In this document: one piece after another, positions 42,833-54,931 of the stretch
Layout of the letters: each line of letters opens with the position of its first letter
Numbering within the stretch: the stretch's first letter is position 1
Source of the DNA: the human T2T-CHM13v2.0 reference genome, Homo sapiens
Length of the DNA stretch: 64,000 nt
Assembly: GCF_009914755.1 (NCBI RefSeq)
Contig: NC_060935.1
Direction: 5' to 3' (one strand)
Made by a program: the position numbers and the translations under genes
The notes under the pieces: generated by a model
Database searches by the model: none
What the model saw: the letters and a program-made list of their open reading frames with translations, nothing else
Told to the model about the DNA's origin: nothing

Positions 42833-42905
42833 CTACAGGAAGCCCTAAGACATGGTCCGGCGAAGGCAGTCCAAAGCGGAACCTCCGGGTGTTGTGGCTG
42901 ATTTT
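42833..42905 (-). CDS. CYB5R2: CYB5R2 exon ([25 protein letters not shown])
   Basis: tatcag acceptor, G|gtgagc donor. Confidence 0.97.
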
Positions 42906-43004
42906 CTGATAAAACAAAACATAGGCAGGTTCTGTCAGCTTTCTAGAAGCCTTGCTGGGCAGCTGAGATGCCTGGGAAAGGAGGTCCGTTTGGCGCTATT
43001 CCAG

Positions 43005-43030
43005 CACACACACACACACACACACACACA
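43005..43030 (+). repeat. (CA)13 microsatellite
   Basis: Read directly from the sequence. Confidence 0.95.
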
Positions 43031-43135
43031 GGGCGGCGGGGAGTGAACTGGAGGCCATGAGATGACTGTCTGGATGCCCTGCCATCCCAGCCATCATCCA
43101 CTTACTGCCTTCCACCCACAGGGCTGACCCATTAC

Positions 43136-43213
43136 CTCTTTCTCAATCAAGGGCAGCGGGTACTTGGCTTCAGGGTCCTGTAAGGTGATTGGCTCTCTCC
43201 TCCTGGAGTTCAT
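43136..43213 (-). CDS. CYB5R2: CYB5R2 first AUG-initiated coding segment (MNSRRREPITLQDPEAKYPLPLIEKE); the exon begins at 43279
   Basis: ATG at 43213; GAG|gtaatg donor; the eight coding segments sum to 831 nt, 276 aa plus stop. Confidence 0.96.
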
Positions 43214-43859
43214 GCTCTTCAGGACCAACACGAGCACAGTGACCCCAGTGACGGTGATGGTCAGGAGCAGGGACGGGTCCTGGCAGACACAATGTGAACA
43301 GAGCACCTCAGGTCTTGCCCGCCCTGGACAGGGCAGCTCTCAGGCGCAGAACACCCTCCCCACACCAAAGGCACAGGAGCTGAGCTCTGCCTGCAGGAAA
43401 TAGGCAAAGAGAACAGTAGTGACACAGAAGGCGGCTGGGAGAGCCTGTGGTGGACCAGAGGGTAGGGAGGGGTCAGCTGCAGGTCACACAGGAAGGATGT
43501 TTCAGGCCCCTGGAGCAGGCAGCACACATGGCCTGGGGTGCTCAGGTCACTAGGCCCCTCCTGGCTACAGCCAAACGTTCATACACTGGAAGTCCCTTCC
43601 TTGAGGTGAAGGGGGAGGACGTCACCCCTAACACACAATCCGGAATGAGGGGCCCAGTCCCTAAAGACAGAACTAGGGTGCGTAGCTCTAAGAGGTGCCC
43701 CGTGACTTAGGGCCTGGGGACTCCCCAACAGTCTCCTGGACAGGGCGAAGGGGGCCTGGGCACTCAACTGCCAGAGACTCGGGAGCCTCCCCGCATCTGT
43801 CCCTACCCTACAAGGCCGCCCTGCTCCTCTCCCAACTCAAGCCCGACAGGGAAAGTTGC

Positions 43860-44830
43860 CTCTCCTCCCGCCGGGTCACTGGAGTCTCAGCCTTCCGGAA
43901 TCCGAGCCGGCCCGCCCCGCTCCCCGCCCTTCGCGGTCCCGCCCACGACCTCTCCCCACGCCTCCCGCTCCGGCCCCCAACCTCCCGGTCGGACGTTCGT
44001 TCCCGGCTCTGGCCGGCCTCCGCGCCTCTGGCCTCTTTCCTTCCGGCCGTCCCGACGGAGATATTTCTTCAATACTCCATAAATACACCCCGCCGCGGAA
44101 CCCACCCGGAGTGAGACGCCCAACACGTCGTCGAACTGGGGTTGGCCGGGGGCCGCTCCCCGCCGCGGGCCCGCAGACTCGTGGCGTCGCCCCGCAGCTC
44201 CGCCTGGCCGACGGGGAACCGGCCGAGACCCGGACACGCACGCCCGGGAGGACAAAAGCGCGGGCGGACCCCGCAGGCTGGGACCCCGGCGGCTGGCCCG
44301 CTCCCCGAGAAGGGCCGTGGTCGGGGGGCTCTCACTCACGAGCCGCTGGCTCTGGGTCAGCCCTGCCCCCAGGGCAGCGCTCCATCATGAGGCTGGCGGG
44401 GCGCTGAGCCGTGGCGTCCTCGCTCCTGCGCTGCCCCTCTGCATCCTGGCCCCTTCCCTGCACACGCAGAGCTGCCACACTGAGCGCCCCTCAGCTTACT
44501 TAAGCTCGGCAAGGCTGGAGAAGGCCGTCTGGGTGACCGGGCGGAGGGGGATGCTGGGGAAGGAAGAATTCAGGCAGCTGCAAAGAGCGCGCGAATATAT
44601 TCATTCGACATACCTCATGGGCGCCTACCCTGGGCCTGGTCCGGGGCGGGTGTTTGCGGGGTGGGGCCGAAGCAGGGGCGTCGCCGAGTTGAAGACGTGT
44701 ACTCCGAGCGCTCCTGCGTTCATTCATTCGCTGGGTGGAGAGAGGAAGGACAAGAGCCCCGCGCCGATCGGAGGGGAGCAGAATAGTAGGCACAGTTAGA
44801 GGGTCTTCACGGTGCGTTTCGGAACCTTGG
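43860..44830 (-). promoter_or_regulatory. CYB5R2: CpG island, CYB5R2 promoter and alternative first exons
   Basis: Very high GC and CpG density, GGGCGG boxes; minus-strand donors after 44340 (gtgagt), 44500 (gtaagc) and 44614 (gtatgt). Confidence 0.88.
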
Positions 44831-44919
44831 CTGCCCGGCTCGCCCTTGATTACAGGCAAAGGCAAATTCTTGCCTCAGGACCTGTGTGAAACAGAGAAGC
44901 CCAGAAGCAGATCCCCACC

Positions 44920-45346
44920 TGTTTGACTCTGCTAGGGCTGCTGTAACAAAGTGCCGCGGACTGAGCGGCTTAAACAACAAAAATTTATTGTCTCGCAGGT
45001 CTGGGGGCTGGAAGTCCAAAATCAAGGTGTGGGCAGAGTGGGTTCCTTCTGAGGGCTGTGAGGGAAGGATCTGTTCCATGCCTCTCCTAGGTTTGTAGGA
45101 GAGGGGCTAGGAGAAGGGGCATCTTCTTCCTATGTCTCCACATTTTCATCCCTCTGTGTGTGTCCCTGTGTCCAAATTTCCCCTTTTATGAAGACACCAG
45201 TCATATTCAATTAGGGTCCATCCTAATGACCTTGTTTTAACTTGATTACCTATGTAAAGGCTCTACCTTCAAATAAGGTCATATCCTTAGGTACTGGGGC
45301 TTAGGGCTTCAACATAAGAATCAGGGTGAAAACAATAACCCATAAC
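44920..45346 (-). mobile_element. MLT1 (MaLR) solo LTR
   Basis: ctagggctgctgtaacaaagt...aatttattgtctc...gaagtccaaaatcaaggtg pattern. Confidence 0.8.
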
Positions 45347-45479
45347 ACTTTACCAACCCTTCTCCCCAAGACACACACCACCACAGGCTCAAAAATTCTT
45401 GCTGTGTGAATGAATAAACAAACTTAATTTTCTCTCTTTGACTTAATCAAATGCCTTTACTTTTGATTTACCTGCAGGT

Positions 45480-46260
45480 GCTTGGTTATTATAGGCAGAT
45501 ATTTTAATTTTTGACAATGCGATAAGTGTAAAATGATGTATCAGGAATCCAATTTGCATTACCTAATAACTGCTAATAAGTTTGAGCACCTTTCATATAT
45601 TTATTTCCCATGGAGTTTCCTTTTCAGAAAAAAAAAAATGCCTGCTCATAAATTTTGCTCATTTTTCTGTTGTCTTTTTCTTACTGATTTTTAGGGGTTT
45701 TATATGTTTTAGATATCCCTTCTTTGCCAGTTACATGAATTAGTAATGTTTTCTCGTAATTTGTAACTTATTCTTTCTTTTTTCTTTCTTTCTTTTCTGT
45801 CCCACCTTTTTGTGGTGTAGTCTGATGAATAGAAATTTGAATTGCAGTATAACCAAATATACCAATCTTCAATTTTTTTGCCGTTATGGTTAGTGATTTT
45901 TGTGACTTGTCTATTTCTACCCAAGCCCTTAAAGATATTCTATATTTTCCCCAACAAGATTTAAAGATTTTCCTTTCACATTTAAGTTTTTCAACCACTT
46001 GGAATTGATTTCTGTGTAGGATGTGAGGCAGGGATACAATTTCATTTTTCCATGTGGCTAATGTGTGTTTTTCAGTAACATTTATTGAATTGCTCACATC
46101 TGGCCACTGACCTGCAACTGACCTGCTACCCCTGGCCTATATCAGTTTTCATAGGTGTGTGAGTCTAGCTCCGGCCTCCCATTTCTCTTACATTATCTAG
46201 CTGCCCAACCTTGTCGCAATACTACACTGTTTTAGTTACGGTAGTTTACAACAAGTGTTT
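45480..46260 (-). mobile_element. Ancient L1M fragment
   Basis: Antisense L1 ORF2-like tracts (tttgcatt...ttgagcacctttcatat; ttggaattgatttctgtgtagg). Confidence 0.6.
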
Positions 46261-46364
46261 ATGTCTTTCATTCTTATACATTCTTTAGATCTCAGGTCAG
46301 ATATCACTCCCTTGGAGATGCCTGCTGTGATCCCCCAACTTAAGTACATGTACATATTATAATC

Positions 46365-46728
46365 TGTTAAGTTTAACTTAAAGCTGCCTCCTTAATGTTT
46401 TAGTTTCACCCTAAAAGTTTCTTCGTACATAGTGAACTGTAACCTACTCTTGTATCAATCATGGAAGTTTCAGCCCATTATAGGCAGCCAACTGTTCAGA
46501 CTGTGTTCAGGTAAGGCAAATCATGAGCTGTAACCAATCCCGCTGTTTCTGTACCTCACTTATGTTTTCTGTACATCACTTTCCTGTTTCTGTCCATAAG
46601 TATTATGCAACCACGTGGCAGCCCCAGAGTTGCTCTGAACCTATTCTGGTTCTTAGGGTTGCCTGATTCATAACTTGATTTTTGCTCAATTAAACTCTGT
46701 TAAATTTAGTTTTTCTTTTCGTTTAACT
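46365..46728 (+). mobile_element. MER57-like ERV1 solo LTR
   Basis: tgttaagtttaacttaaagctgcctcctta start; ttgctcaattaaactctgttaaattt end; family assigned from memory. Confidence 0.7.
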
Positions 46729-46742
46729 ATTCTATTCATAGC

Positions 46743-47075
46743 TTTTTTTTTCTTTTTTCAGAGACAGTCTCACTCTGTTGCCCAGGCTGGAGTACAATGG
46801 CACGATCATAGATCACTACAACCTTGAACTCCCCGGCTCAAGCTAGCCTCCAGCCTCAGCCTCTGAGTAGCAAGGACTGTTGCCATCATGCCTGGGTAAT
46901 TTTTGTATTTTTTGTAGAGATAAGGGTCTCACTTTGTTGCCCAGGGTGGAGAGCAATGGCTATTCAGAAGTATGATCATTGCACAGTACAGCCTGGAACT
47001 CCTAGCCTCAAGGGATCTTTCCTCCTTGGCCTCCCAAAGTCCTGAGATTTTAGGTGTGAGCTACCACACACGGCC
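46743..47075 (-). mobile_element. Atypical old Alu dimer with a FAM-like left arm
   Basis: 15-bp TSD CTATTCATAGCTTTT (46732-46746 and 47076-47090). Confidence 0.85.
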
Positions 47076-47453
47076 CTATTCATAGCTTTTACTTTCGTTT
47101 GTAATTGTGCATTTGAACAGTGCGTTATTGAATGACTGACTTTCACACTAGTCTGGAAGTTCCTTTATGGCAGACACCTTGTTTTCCTAGGGTTTAGCAC
47201 ACTGACTGTCACAAAGAAAGCATGCAATAAATATTTAATGAACAAATGAATGAATTCATCTCTGCCTTATGTGTGCATTTAGCACACATGATAGACACTC
47301 CATAAATACTTCTTCACCTAGGAGAGGAATAATCCTTTCCATCGCACTCTGTCCCCCTTCCTTGCTTAATTTGTCTCCATAAGACATAGCACCAGATGAT
47401 ATATTTTTTTACCTATACAACATATTTTACTTATTTGTTACATAGAATGTAAG

Positions 47454-47832
47454 TGTATTAATCCATTCTCATGCTGCTATAAGGACATACCCGAGACTGG
47501 CTAATTTACAGAGGAAAAAGATTTAATTGACTCACAGTTCAGCTTGGCTGGGGAGGCCTCAGGAAACTTATAAAATCATGGCGAAAGGGGAAGTGAACAC
47601 ATCCTTCTTCACATGGCAGCAGGAAAGAGAAGTGCTGAGCAAAAGGGGAAAAGCCCCTTATAAAACCATCAGATCTTGTAAGAGCTCACTCACTATCACA
47701 ACAGCCTGAGGGGAATTGCCCTCATGATTCATGATTCAACCACCTCCCACTGGGTCCCTCCCACAATATATGGAGATTATGGGAACTACAATTCAAGTTG
47801 AAATTCGGATGAGGACACAGCCAAACCGTATC
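47454..47832 (-). mobile_element. THE1 (MaLR) solo LTR
   Basis: tgtattaatccattctcatgctgctataagg...cacagccaaaccgtatc, flanked by gtaag. Confidence 0.85.
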
Positions 47833-48563
47833 GTAAGCTTCATGAGGATAGGAGTTACTTTGTCTGTTTTAACTACTGCTATATCCCTAGAACAGTGTCT
47901 GGCAATTGGTAGATGCTCAATAAATACTTATTGCATGTATGTATGAATGAATGAACAAACATTGTTTTCCCCCTTGGACTCTGTCAAAAGCTTTTACTTG
48001 TAGCTTTGAAATCCGGAGGCACCTCACCTTTTCCTGTGGTTTTCTTAGTAGTTTGTTTCTACCCTTCATTCTTCCCTCTCATTTTCTCTGCCTGTTCCCT
48101 CTGTGTTATTAGAGAGGCAGATAGCAAGCACATTCTCTTTATTCATTCTTGGAGCAGGATAAAAGGCATTTTTCTGGGCTCCCAGTAATCTTGAAAGGGC
48201 AGTGATTCGCCTCTCTTCTCCTAACTCGTAAACACTGTAAATGTGTCCCTCACATGCTCATGTGCTGCCTGGATTTTGGCTCATTTTCTACTAATCCCCT
48301 GAAATAAACCATGAGCACAAGTCTCATGTCTGTAAATCCCCAGCTTGATAATAGGGCCTGGCAAGGGTAGGCTCTCAACAAGCGTTTGCTGAGGAAAAAA
48401 AAACAAAACAAGATGAACCTCTGTTGTCACTGTTTGAACATCTGTGAGACTCCACCCCACAAGATTCAGCTCTTCCTGTGCAGGAACGAGGCCTCCTTCA
48501 TTGCTGAGTACCTCTGGAGGGAACTGATGTCCTGCCCAAGTCATTGGTCAATGAGTGTTTGCC

Positions 48564-49335
48564 ATATGGAAAAATGCTCCACATCACTAATCATCAGAGG
48601 AATGCAAATAAAAACCACAATGAGATACCGTCTTGCACCAATCAGAATGGCTATTATTAAAAAGTCAAAAAATAACAGATGTTGGTGAGGCTGTGGATAA
48701 AAGAGAACGCTTATACTCTGTTGGTGGGAATGTAAATTAGCTCAGCCACTGTGGAGAGCAGTTTGGAGATTTCTCAAAGAACTGAAAACAGAACTACAAT
48801 TTGACCCAGCAATCCCATTACTGGATATATCCCCAAAGGCAAATAAATCACTCTACCAAAAAAACACATGCACTTACATGTTCATCAAAGCACTGTTCGG
48901 AATAGCAAAGACATGGAATCCACTTAGGTGCCCATCAGTGGTGGAATGGAAAAAGAAAATGTGGTACAGATACACCATGGAATACTACATAGCCATAAGA
49001 AACCAAAATCATATTCTTTGCAGCAATGTGGGTGCAGCTGGAGGCCATTATCCTAAGTGAATTAACACAGAAACAGAAAACTTAATGCCGCATGTTCTCA
49101 CTTATAAGTGGGAGCTAAGCATTGAGCACACATGGACATAAAGATGGGAGCAGTAGCCACTGGGGACTGCTAGAAGGGAGAGGAAGGGAAGGAGGCATGG
49201 ACTGAAAAACTACTTATTGGCTAATATTCTCATTACCTGGGTCACGCGATCATTTGTACTCCAAACCTCAGCATCGTGCAGTAATATGCATGGAACAAAC
49301 CTGTGCATGCACCCTCTGGATCTAAAATAAAAGGC
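48564..49335 (+). mobile_element. 5'-truncated older L1 (L1PA/L1PB), ORF2 end plus 3'UTR
   Basis: [18 protein letters not shown] and MFIKALFGIAKTWN remnants; TSD-like aatga(g/a)tgtttgc flanks. Confidence 0.88.
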
Positions 49336-49486
49336 AAACATTTTTTTTAAATGAATGTTTGCTCTCAAAACAGTTTCCAGGCAGCTGTGAACTTTTCATT
49401 AAGTGTTTAATCTTGAAAATAATTTATTTCCATTTTATCCTCTATATAAATGACCATTTCTTAGGTCCTAGCTGTTAAGCCTAAAT

Positions 49487-51207
49487 TGGGGTAGACTGAA
49501 TAATGGCACCCCAGATATGCCCACAACCTATGAATGCTACCTTTTATGACAAAAGGGACTTTGTAGCTGTGCATGATATTGTGAAATATATATTTGGTCT
49601 TCCTCCCAGTTTCCTGGCATACAACAACTAAAATCCTTGGAATCTCCCAAGTGATATGGATCTTTTTGTATGATAATGAGTTGACTGATTGTTGGGGGCT
49701 CCTGAATAGCCTCCTGATGGGTGCTGGTTGCCAAGGAAACCAACCCCATGTTTAGAGGGTGATATGGTTTAGGTCTGTATCCCCACCCAAATTTCATCTT
49801 GAATTATAATCCCCATGTGTAGAGGGAAACAGGGAGGTTGGTGATTGGATTGGGGGGCAGTTTCCCCATGCTGTTCTCATAATAGTGAGTGAGTTCTCAC
49901 CAGATCTGATGGTTTCATAGGTGTTTGGAAGTTCCTCCCTCATTCTCTCTCTCCTGGTGCCTTATGAAGAAGGTGCTTGCTTCCCCTTCACCCTCTGACA
50001 TGATTGTAAGTTTCCTGAGGCCTCCCCAGACATGCAAAACTGTGAGTCAATTAAACCTCTTTCCTTTATAAATTATCCAGTCAGTCTCAGGGATGTTCTT
50101 TGTAGCAGTATGAAAATAGACTAATACAGAAAGTTGGATGGAACCTTCAGCATCCCACTCTCCAACCTCCAGGGAGGGGAAAGGGACTGAAAGATGAATT
50201 GCCCACCAATGGTCAATAATTTAATCAATTATGCCTCATAACAAAGCTTCCATAAATACCTCAAAGGGCTGAGTTCAGGGAGCTTCTGGATAGCTGAACA
50301 CGTGGAGGTCCCTAGGGCACAGTGTGCCGGGAGAAGGCATGGGAGCTCCGTGACCCTTCCCATATGCCTTGCTCTGTGAATCTCTTCCATCTGGCTGTTC
50401 GACTGTGTTCTTCGGAATATGCTTTATTAGAAAATGATCAACATAACTAACATGATTCCCTGAATTATATGAGCAACTCCAGCAAATTAATCTAATCTGA
50501 GGAGGGAGTCATGGGAACCCCACTTCATAGCCAATCAGTCAGAAATTCTGGAAGCCCAGCCTTGAGACTGGCATCCGAGGTGGGTGGCAGTCTTAGGGAC
50601 TGAGCCCTCAATGTGTGGTCTCTTAGGCTACTTCCAGTAGACAATGTCAGAAATGAATTGAATTAGAGGACAGTCAGCCAGTGTCTACTGGAGAATTGCT
50701 CACCTGGTGCGTGGGGAAAAATTTCCACAAATCTAGGGTCACAGAAGTGTTGATCATTGAGGGAAAGAACAGGACAAACACTTTTTTTTTTCTGACTCTC
50801 AAACTGCAATTAATTTAAAGATCTTGAGACAGAGAGGCTCTCCTCAATTATCCGGGTGGGCCTGATGTGATCACAAGGGTCTTTATAAGAGAGTCACAGT
50901 AGAAGAGAGTCAGAAGAGAAGGCAGTGCCATAACAGAAGCAGCGACTGATTGGCAGAATGAACTTTGAAGATGGGGGGAGGGGCCACCTGCCAAGGGATA
51001 CAGGCAACCACTAGAGGCTAAAAGGCAAAGAAATGGATTTTCCCCTCAGAGCCTCCAGAAAGAATCAGCCCTGTTGACACATTGACTTTAGCCCTGTGAA
51101 ACTATTTCATACTTCTTGCTTCCAGAACTGTAATAGAATAGATGTGTGTTGTTTTAAGCCACTAAATTTGTAGTAATTTGTTACAGCAGCAATAGGAAAC
51201 TAATACA
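49487..51207 (+). mobile_element. Nested LTRs: MLT1D-like host, MER21-like (about 49573-50805), THE1/MST (49760-50128)
   Basis: tgatatggttt...gactaataca inner LTR; outer LTR resumes near 50810 and ends ggaaactaataca; family names from memory. Confidence 0.7.
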
Positions 51208-53029
51208 ATAAATGAATGATTGTTTTTGTCTCAGAGGGCTTATTTATTTATACTTGAATTTACTCTATTAAAAAATTTCCTAGGGCTTGGCTCAGAAGTC
51301 CCCCAAGGGAGGAGCCCCCTGTTCTGATGTTCTCATTGCTTTGATTGTGGGCCTCTTTTCCAATGTGCCCCCTGCTACCCAGTCACATCTTCAGCTCATT
51401 GTCTCTGCCAGAGCTTGTAAGCAGACCACCCACTCCATCTCTTCCTCTTCACCCTGGCGCTGGCCCATCCTTTGTGCATTTTGCTAAAATGTCATCCTGA
51501 ACAAAGAGGCTCGGAGGACTAGTACAGTTGACTGGGCTGAGCTTCATTAGGGACCACTGATGGAGCACCCAGCCCACTCAGACACTCAATGCTGACCAAT
51601 GCAGAATATTTCTTAAATCAGTTTCATTAGCTTCCCTTTTCAAGGATTTTAGACTAAAATATGTTAATGCTACCTGTTCAGAATTCTCTAAGAAGCACTA
51701 TAGACAGGTATAAAGCAATGGCAATATTTTGCTTTCTGGAATATCTTCAACCATTACTTATGCAACATAAATGTGCCCATGGAAAACCTTGTGCACTCCT
51801 GGCAACGTGGGGCTAACATGGGCATGATAGACTGTATAAAGGCAAGAGTCTTGAGACACCTGGAGTGGTCAGAATTTGCTAGAAATAGTGTGGTTGGGAA
51901 GAGTCAACAGAACCGCTTGCAGGGTCCTATTCCTGTAGAACCTTCCACACCCAGCTATGTGTACAGAGCTGTGTTAATGATACTAGTCAATTACTTCACC
52001 AATATTTACAGCAGTTGCTTCAACTCTTTATAAACGGCATCTGTTGTGGTAGGGGCTGGGTTAGAGCCTCCAGAAGGAATTGCTTGTGAGTTCACAGCTT
52101 GGGCTGTGGAGACAACCAGGAGTAAGTGAGGCAGTTTCCAGTGGAGAATTCCACCTGCATGGACAAGCCTGGGGATGGGCGCTTCAGATTTGTAATAGGA
52201 GAAAAGCTGGCTTCCAGGACGGGGAGAAGGGGGAAATGTCCAAAAAAAAAAAAAAAAAAAGAAAAATGAAGGGACGCATTCCAGACTCCTACTTAAACAT
52301 GACCAGGACTTTGGTTTTTCACAAATTTGCCCCAGCCTCTGCTTCCTTTTCTTTTATGGGGGCAAAAACAGGAGCTTTTCAGAGAAGAGTTTTGTTTGTG
52401 ATGACAATTTCTGTTTTAAAAAGCAAAACAAGTGAAAATAGAGCAAATTGGGCTAAAGTCTCCATTCTGAGCGTTATTCTAAAACCTTCATTTTCATAGA
52501 GCTATATAGTTTATAAAGCATTACAATGAAACATCATTCTGAAATTGTTATAATCTTTTTACAAACAATTTAGTTTGGAGAAGAAAAAATCTCGGAAAGA
52601 TTCTCTGCCTTCTCCAACATCACATCGCTGGACAGTAGCAAAGCTGGGACATAAGCCCATGTTCCTAAATCCAGCCTAGTGTTCTTCCCCTACACCACAG
52701 CAACCTGTGGGCCAGCAAATGCATAAATAACACTTTTGTTTTAATGCCATGCAAATTTAAATTTCTGATTTCAAATTGAAAGAAGCTCCCCATTTTCAGC
52801 TGGTAAAGCTGAGGCCTGGAGATGTTAAGTGATGCTTTTGGAGGAAGGGCTATGACTGGGTCATTGGTATTGAGCTGTCAGCTTTGCACAGCCTGCAGTT
52901 TGATTAAGAGCCAGTGGAAGAAAATTGAGAAAGTATAGAGATGTAGAAAACATACATTTTTCCTCTGCATTTCCTCCAGTTACTGTTCCCACCTGACTAA
53001 ATGCTCCTTTTGTGTCCTAGCTCTCTTTT

Positions 53030-54480
53030 CCTCTCCAATGCTCAAGAACATTGCCCCAGCAGTTTTCTCTTTGCTCCTTATGATCAGTTCCTTCTCTCCA
53101 TTTGATAATTCCTATTAATAGACATATGTGCTGTAATTTCTGCCATGTTTTAAATGACAAAATACCTTCTCTTGACTTCCTTATCCCCATCTAGGTGCTA
53201 ACACCCTTCCACATTCCTAGTTACGACAAGATTCCTTGAAAGAATTGTCTACACTTGCAATCTCTATTTTTTCCCATCACATTCTGTCTAAAGTCTACTC
53301 CAAAAAGCTTTTACTCTCACCACTCCTTTGAAACCACCATGTTGCAATCACCAATATCCTCACATTGCTAAATTTAATGTAATGGTCAATTCTCAGTCAA
53401 TGCTCCTCATTTCCAACCCCTGGAAATGTTGGAGTGCCCCAGGGCTCAAATCACAGACACCTCCTTTGGTGATTTTGTCCTGCATCCTGGGTTCATATAT
53501 CAACAATATGCTGATAGTTTTGAAGTTTTCATATCCAGGCTGGGTCAGTCCTCTGAACTCCACATTCATATATCCAACTGCCCACTTGACATATCCTTTT
53601 AAATGAATAGGCAAATCAAACTTGGCATGATCAAATACTAACTCCTGGTATCTACCGCTCCCCGCCCCGACCCCAAATTCTGATACCTTGGTCTATATCT
53701 TACTTCCAGTTGATCAGGCCAAAAGCCCCATGGTCACCTTTGACATCTCTCTTTCACACCTCATATCCAATATATCAGGGGATCCTGTTGGTTTTTTCTT
53801 GAAAATACGTCCAGAATCTGACTTACCACTTCCACTGCTAGCATTCAGATCTTAATATCTTACCTTGATTATTGCAATAGTCTCCTAACTGATCTCTCTG
53901 CTTCCTCCCTTTCCCTCTCCTGCAGTCTAATTTCAATACAATAGAAAGAGTGATCTTGTTACAATGATTTCAGGTCCTGTTACTCCATTTGATGTCATCC
54001 CATTCCACTTAGAGTAAAAGCCAATGTTTTTACCTTAGCCCATAACATCCTACACAAGCTGTCCTCCCACCTACCTTCTCTGATATCCCCATGCTCATGA
54101 CTCTCCAGACATAACTGACCTCCTGGCTGGCTTTCGTATATATCAGGCATGCTCTTACCTCAGGTCTTTCGTACTTGCCTTTCATTCCTTGTGCCTGGAA
54201 TTCTCTAACCCTTATTATCTGCATAGCCTTTGCCTTCAACTCCTTCAGGCCTTTTCTCAGATGTCTCTTTATCAGCTCTTCTCTGACCATACTTTTTTTT
54301 ACAATTGCAATACCCTGCTCACCAGCATTCACTATCCCCTATTCCTGCTTTATTTTTCTCAGTATCATTTATTGCCATCTGGCATTTTATATATATATAT
54401 GTATATAAAATATTAAAATATATATTATATATATTACTTCTTTGCTTATTATCTGCTTCCCCATCCCCACTAGACTGTTG
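53030..54480 (+). mobile_element. L2 LINE remnant
   Basis: tcaggccaaaa...tttgacatctctctttc...atccaatatatcag and cttgattattgcaatagtctcctaactg L2 3' motifs. Confidence 0.7.
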
Positions 54481-54858
54481 TCTATTTTTCTTACTGCAGA
54501 ATCCTTTGTCAGCAGACCTGTTCTATACCTGGATACCTGGATGAGATGTCCTTGAGGATAATGCCTGACCTTTCTTGACCATCAAAAAAGTTTGTCAGCA
54601 GAAGTTAGAAGTGGAGGTATGGATCTCATGCCACATATATTCCATTCACTGGAAAGCAATAGCCTTTCTCACACATTCACACACCAGACTTTGTGTTTGC
54701 ATAGCCTCTTGTTGAGTCGGGAACTCATTTCTTGTGAGCCTCGTCCCTGTGAGCATCTTGACACAGTTGAGTTTCTGGGCCAACAGAGCTGAGGACCTGG
54801 ACCCTGAAAAGCACCTTGGGACTCTCTGCCTGGGATGCCAGCTGCCTGCCCTCAAACC

Positions 54859-54891
54859 TATATATATATATATATACACACACATACATAC

Positions 54892-54929
<38 letters not shown>
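54859..54929 (+). repeat. Compound (TA)n(CA)n(TG)n microsatellite
   Basis: Read directly from the sequence. Confidence 0.95.

Positions 54930-54931
<2 letters not shown>

Noticed and set aside
43280-43390. Upstream acceptor (tttcctgcag, exon start 43390) extending CYB5R2 exon 2 by 111 nt
   Set aside because: Plausible splice site, but it contains an in-frame TGA and so cannot supply the N-terminal extension
43695-44926. Many overlapping 80-180 aa ORFs on both strands
   Set aside because: Pro/Arg/Gly-rich ORFs expected from stop-codon scarcity in a CpG island; no domain signal
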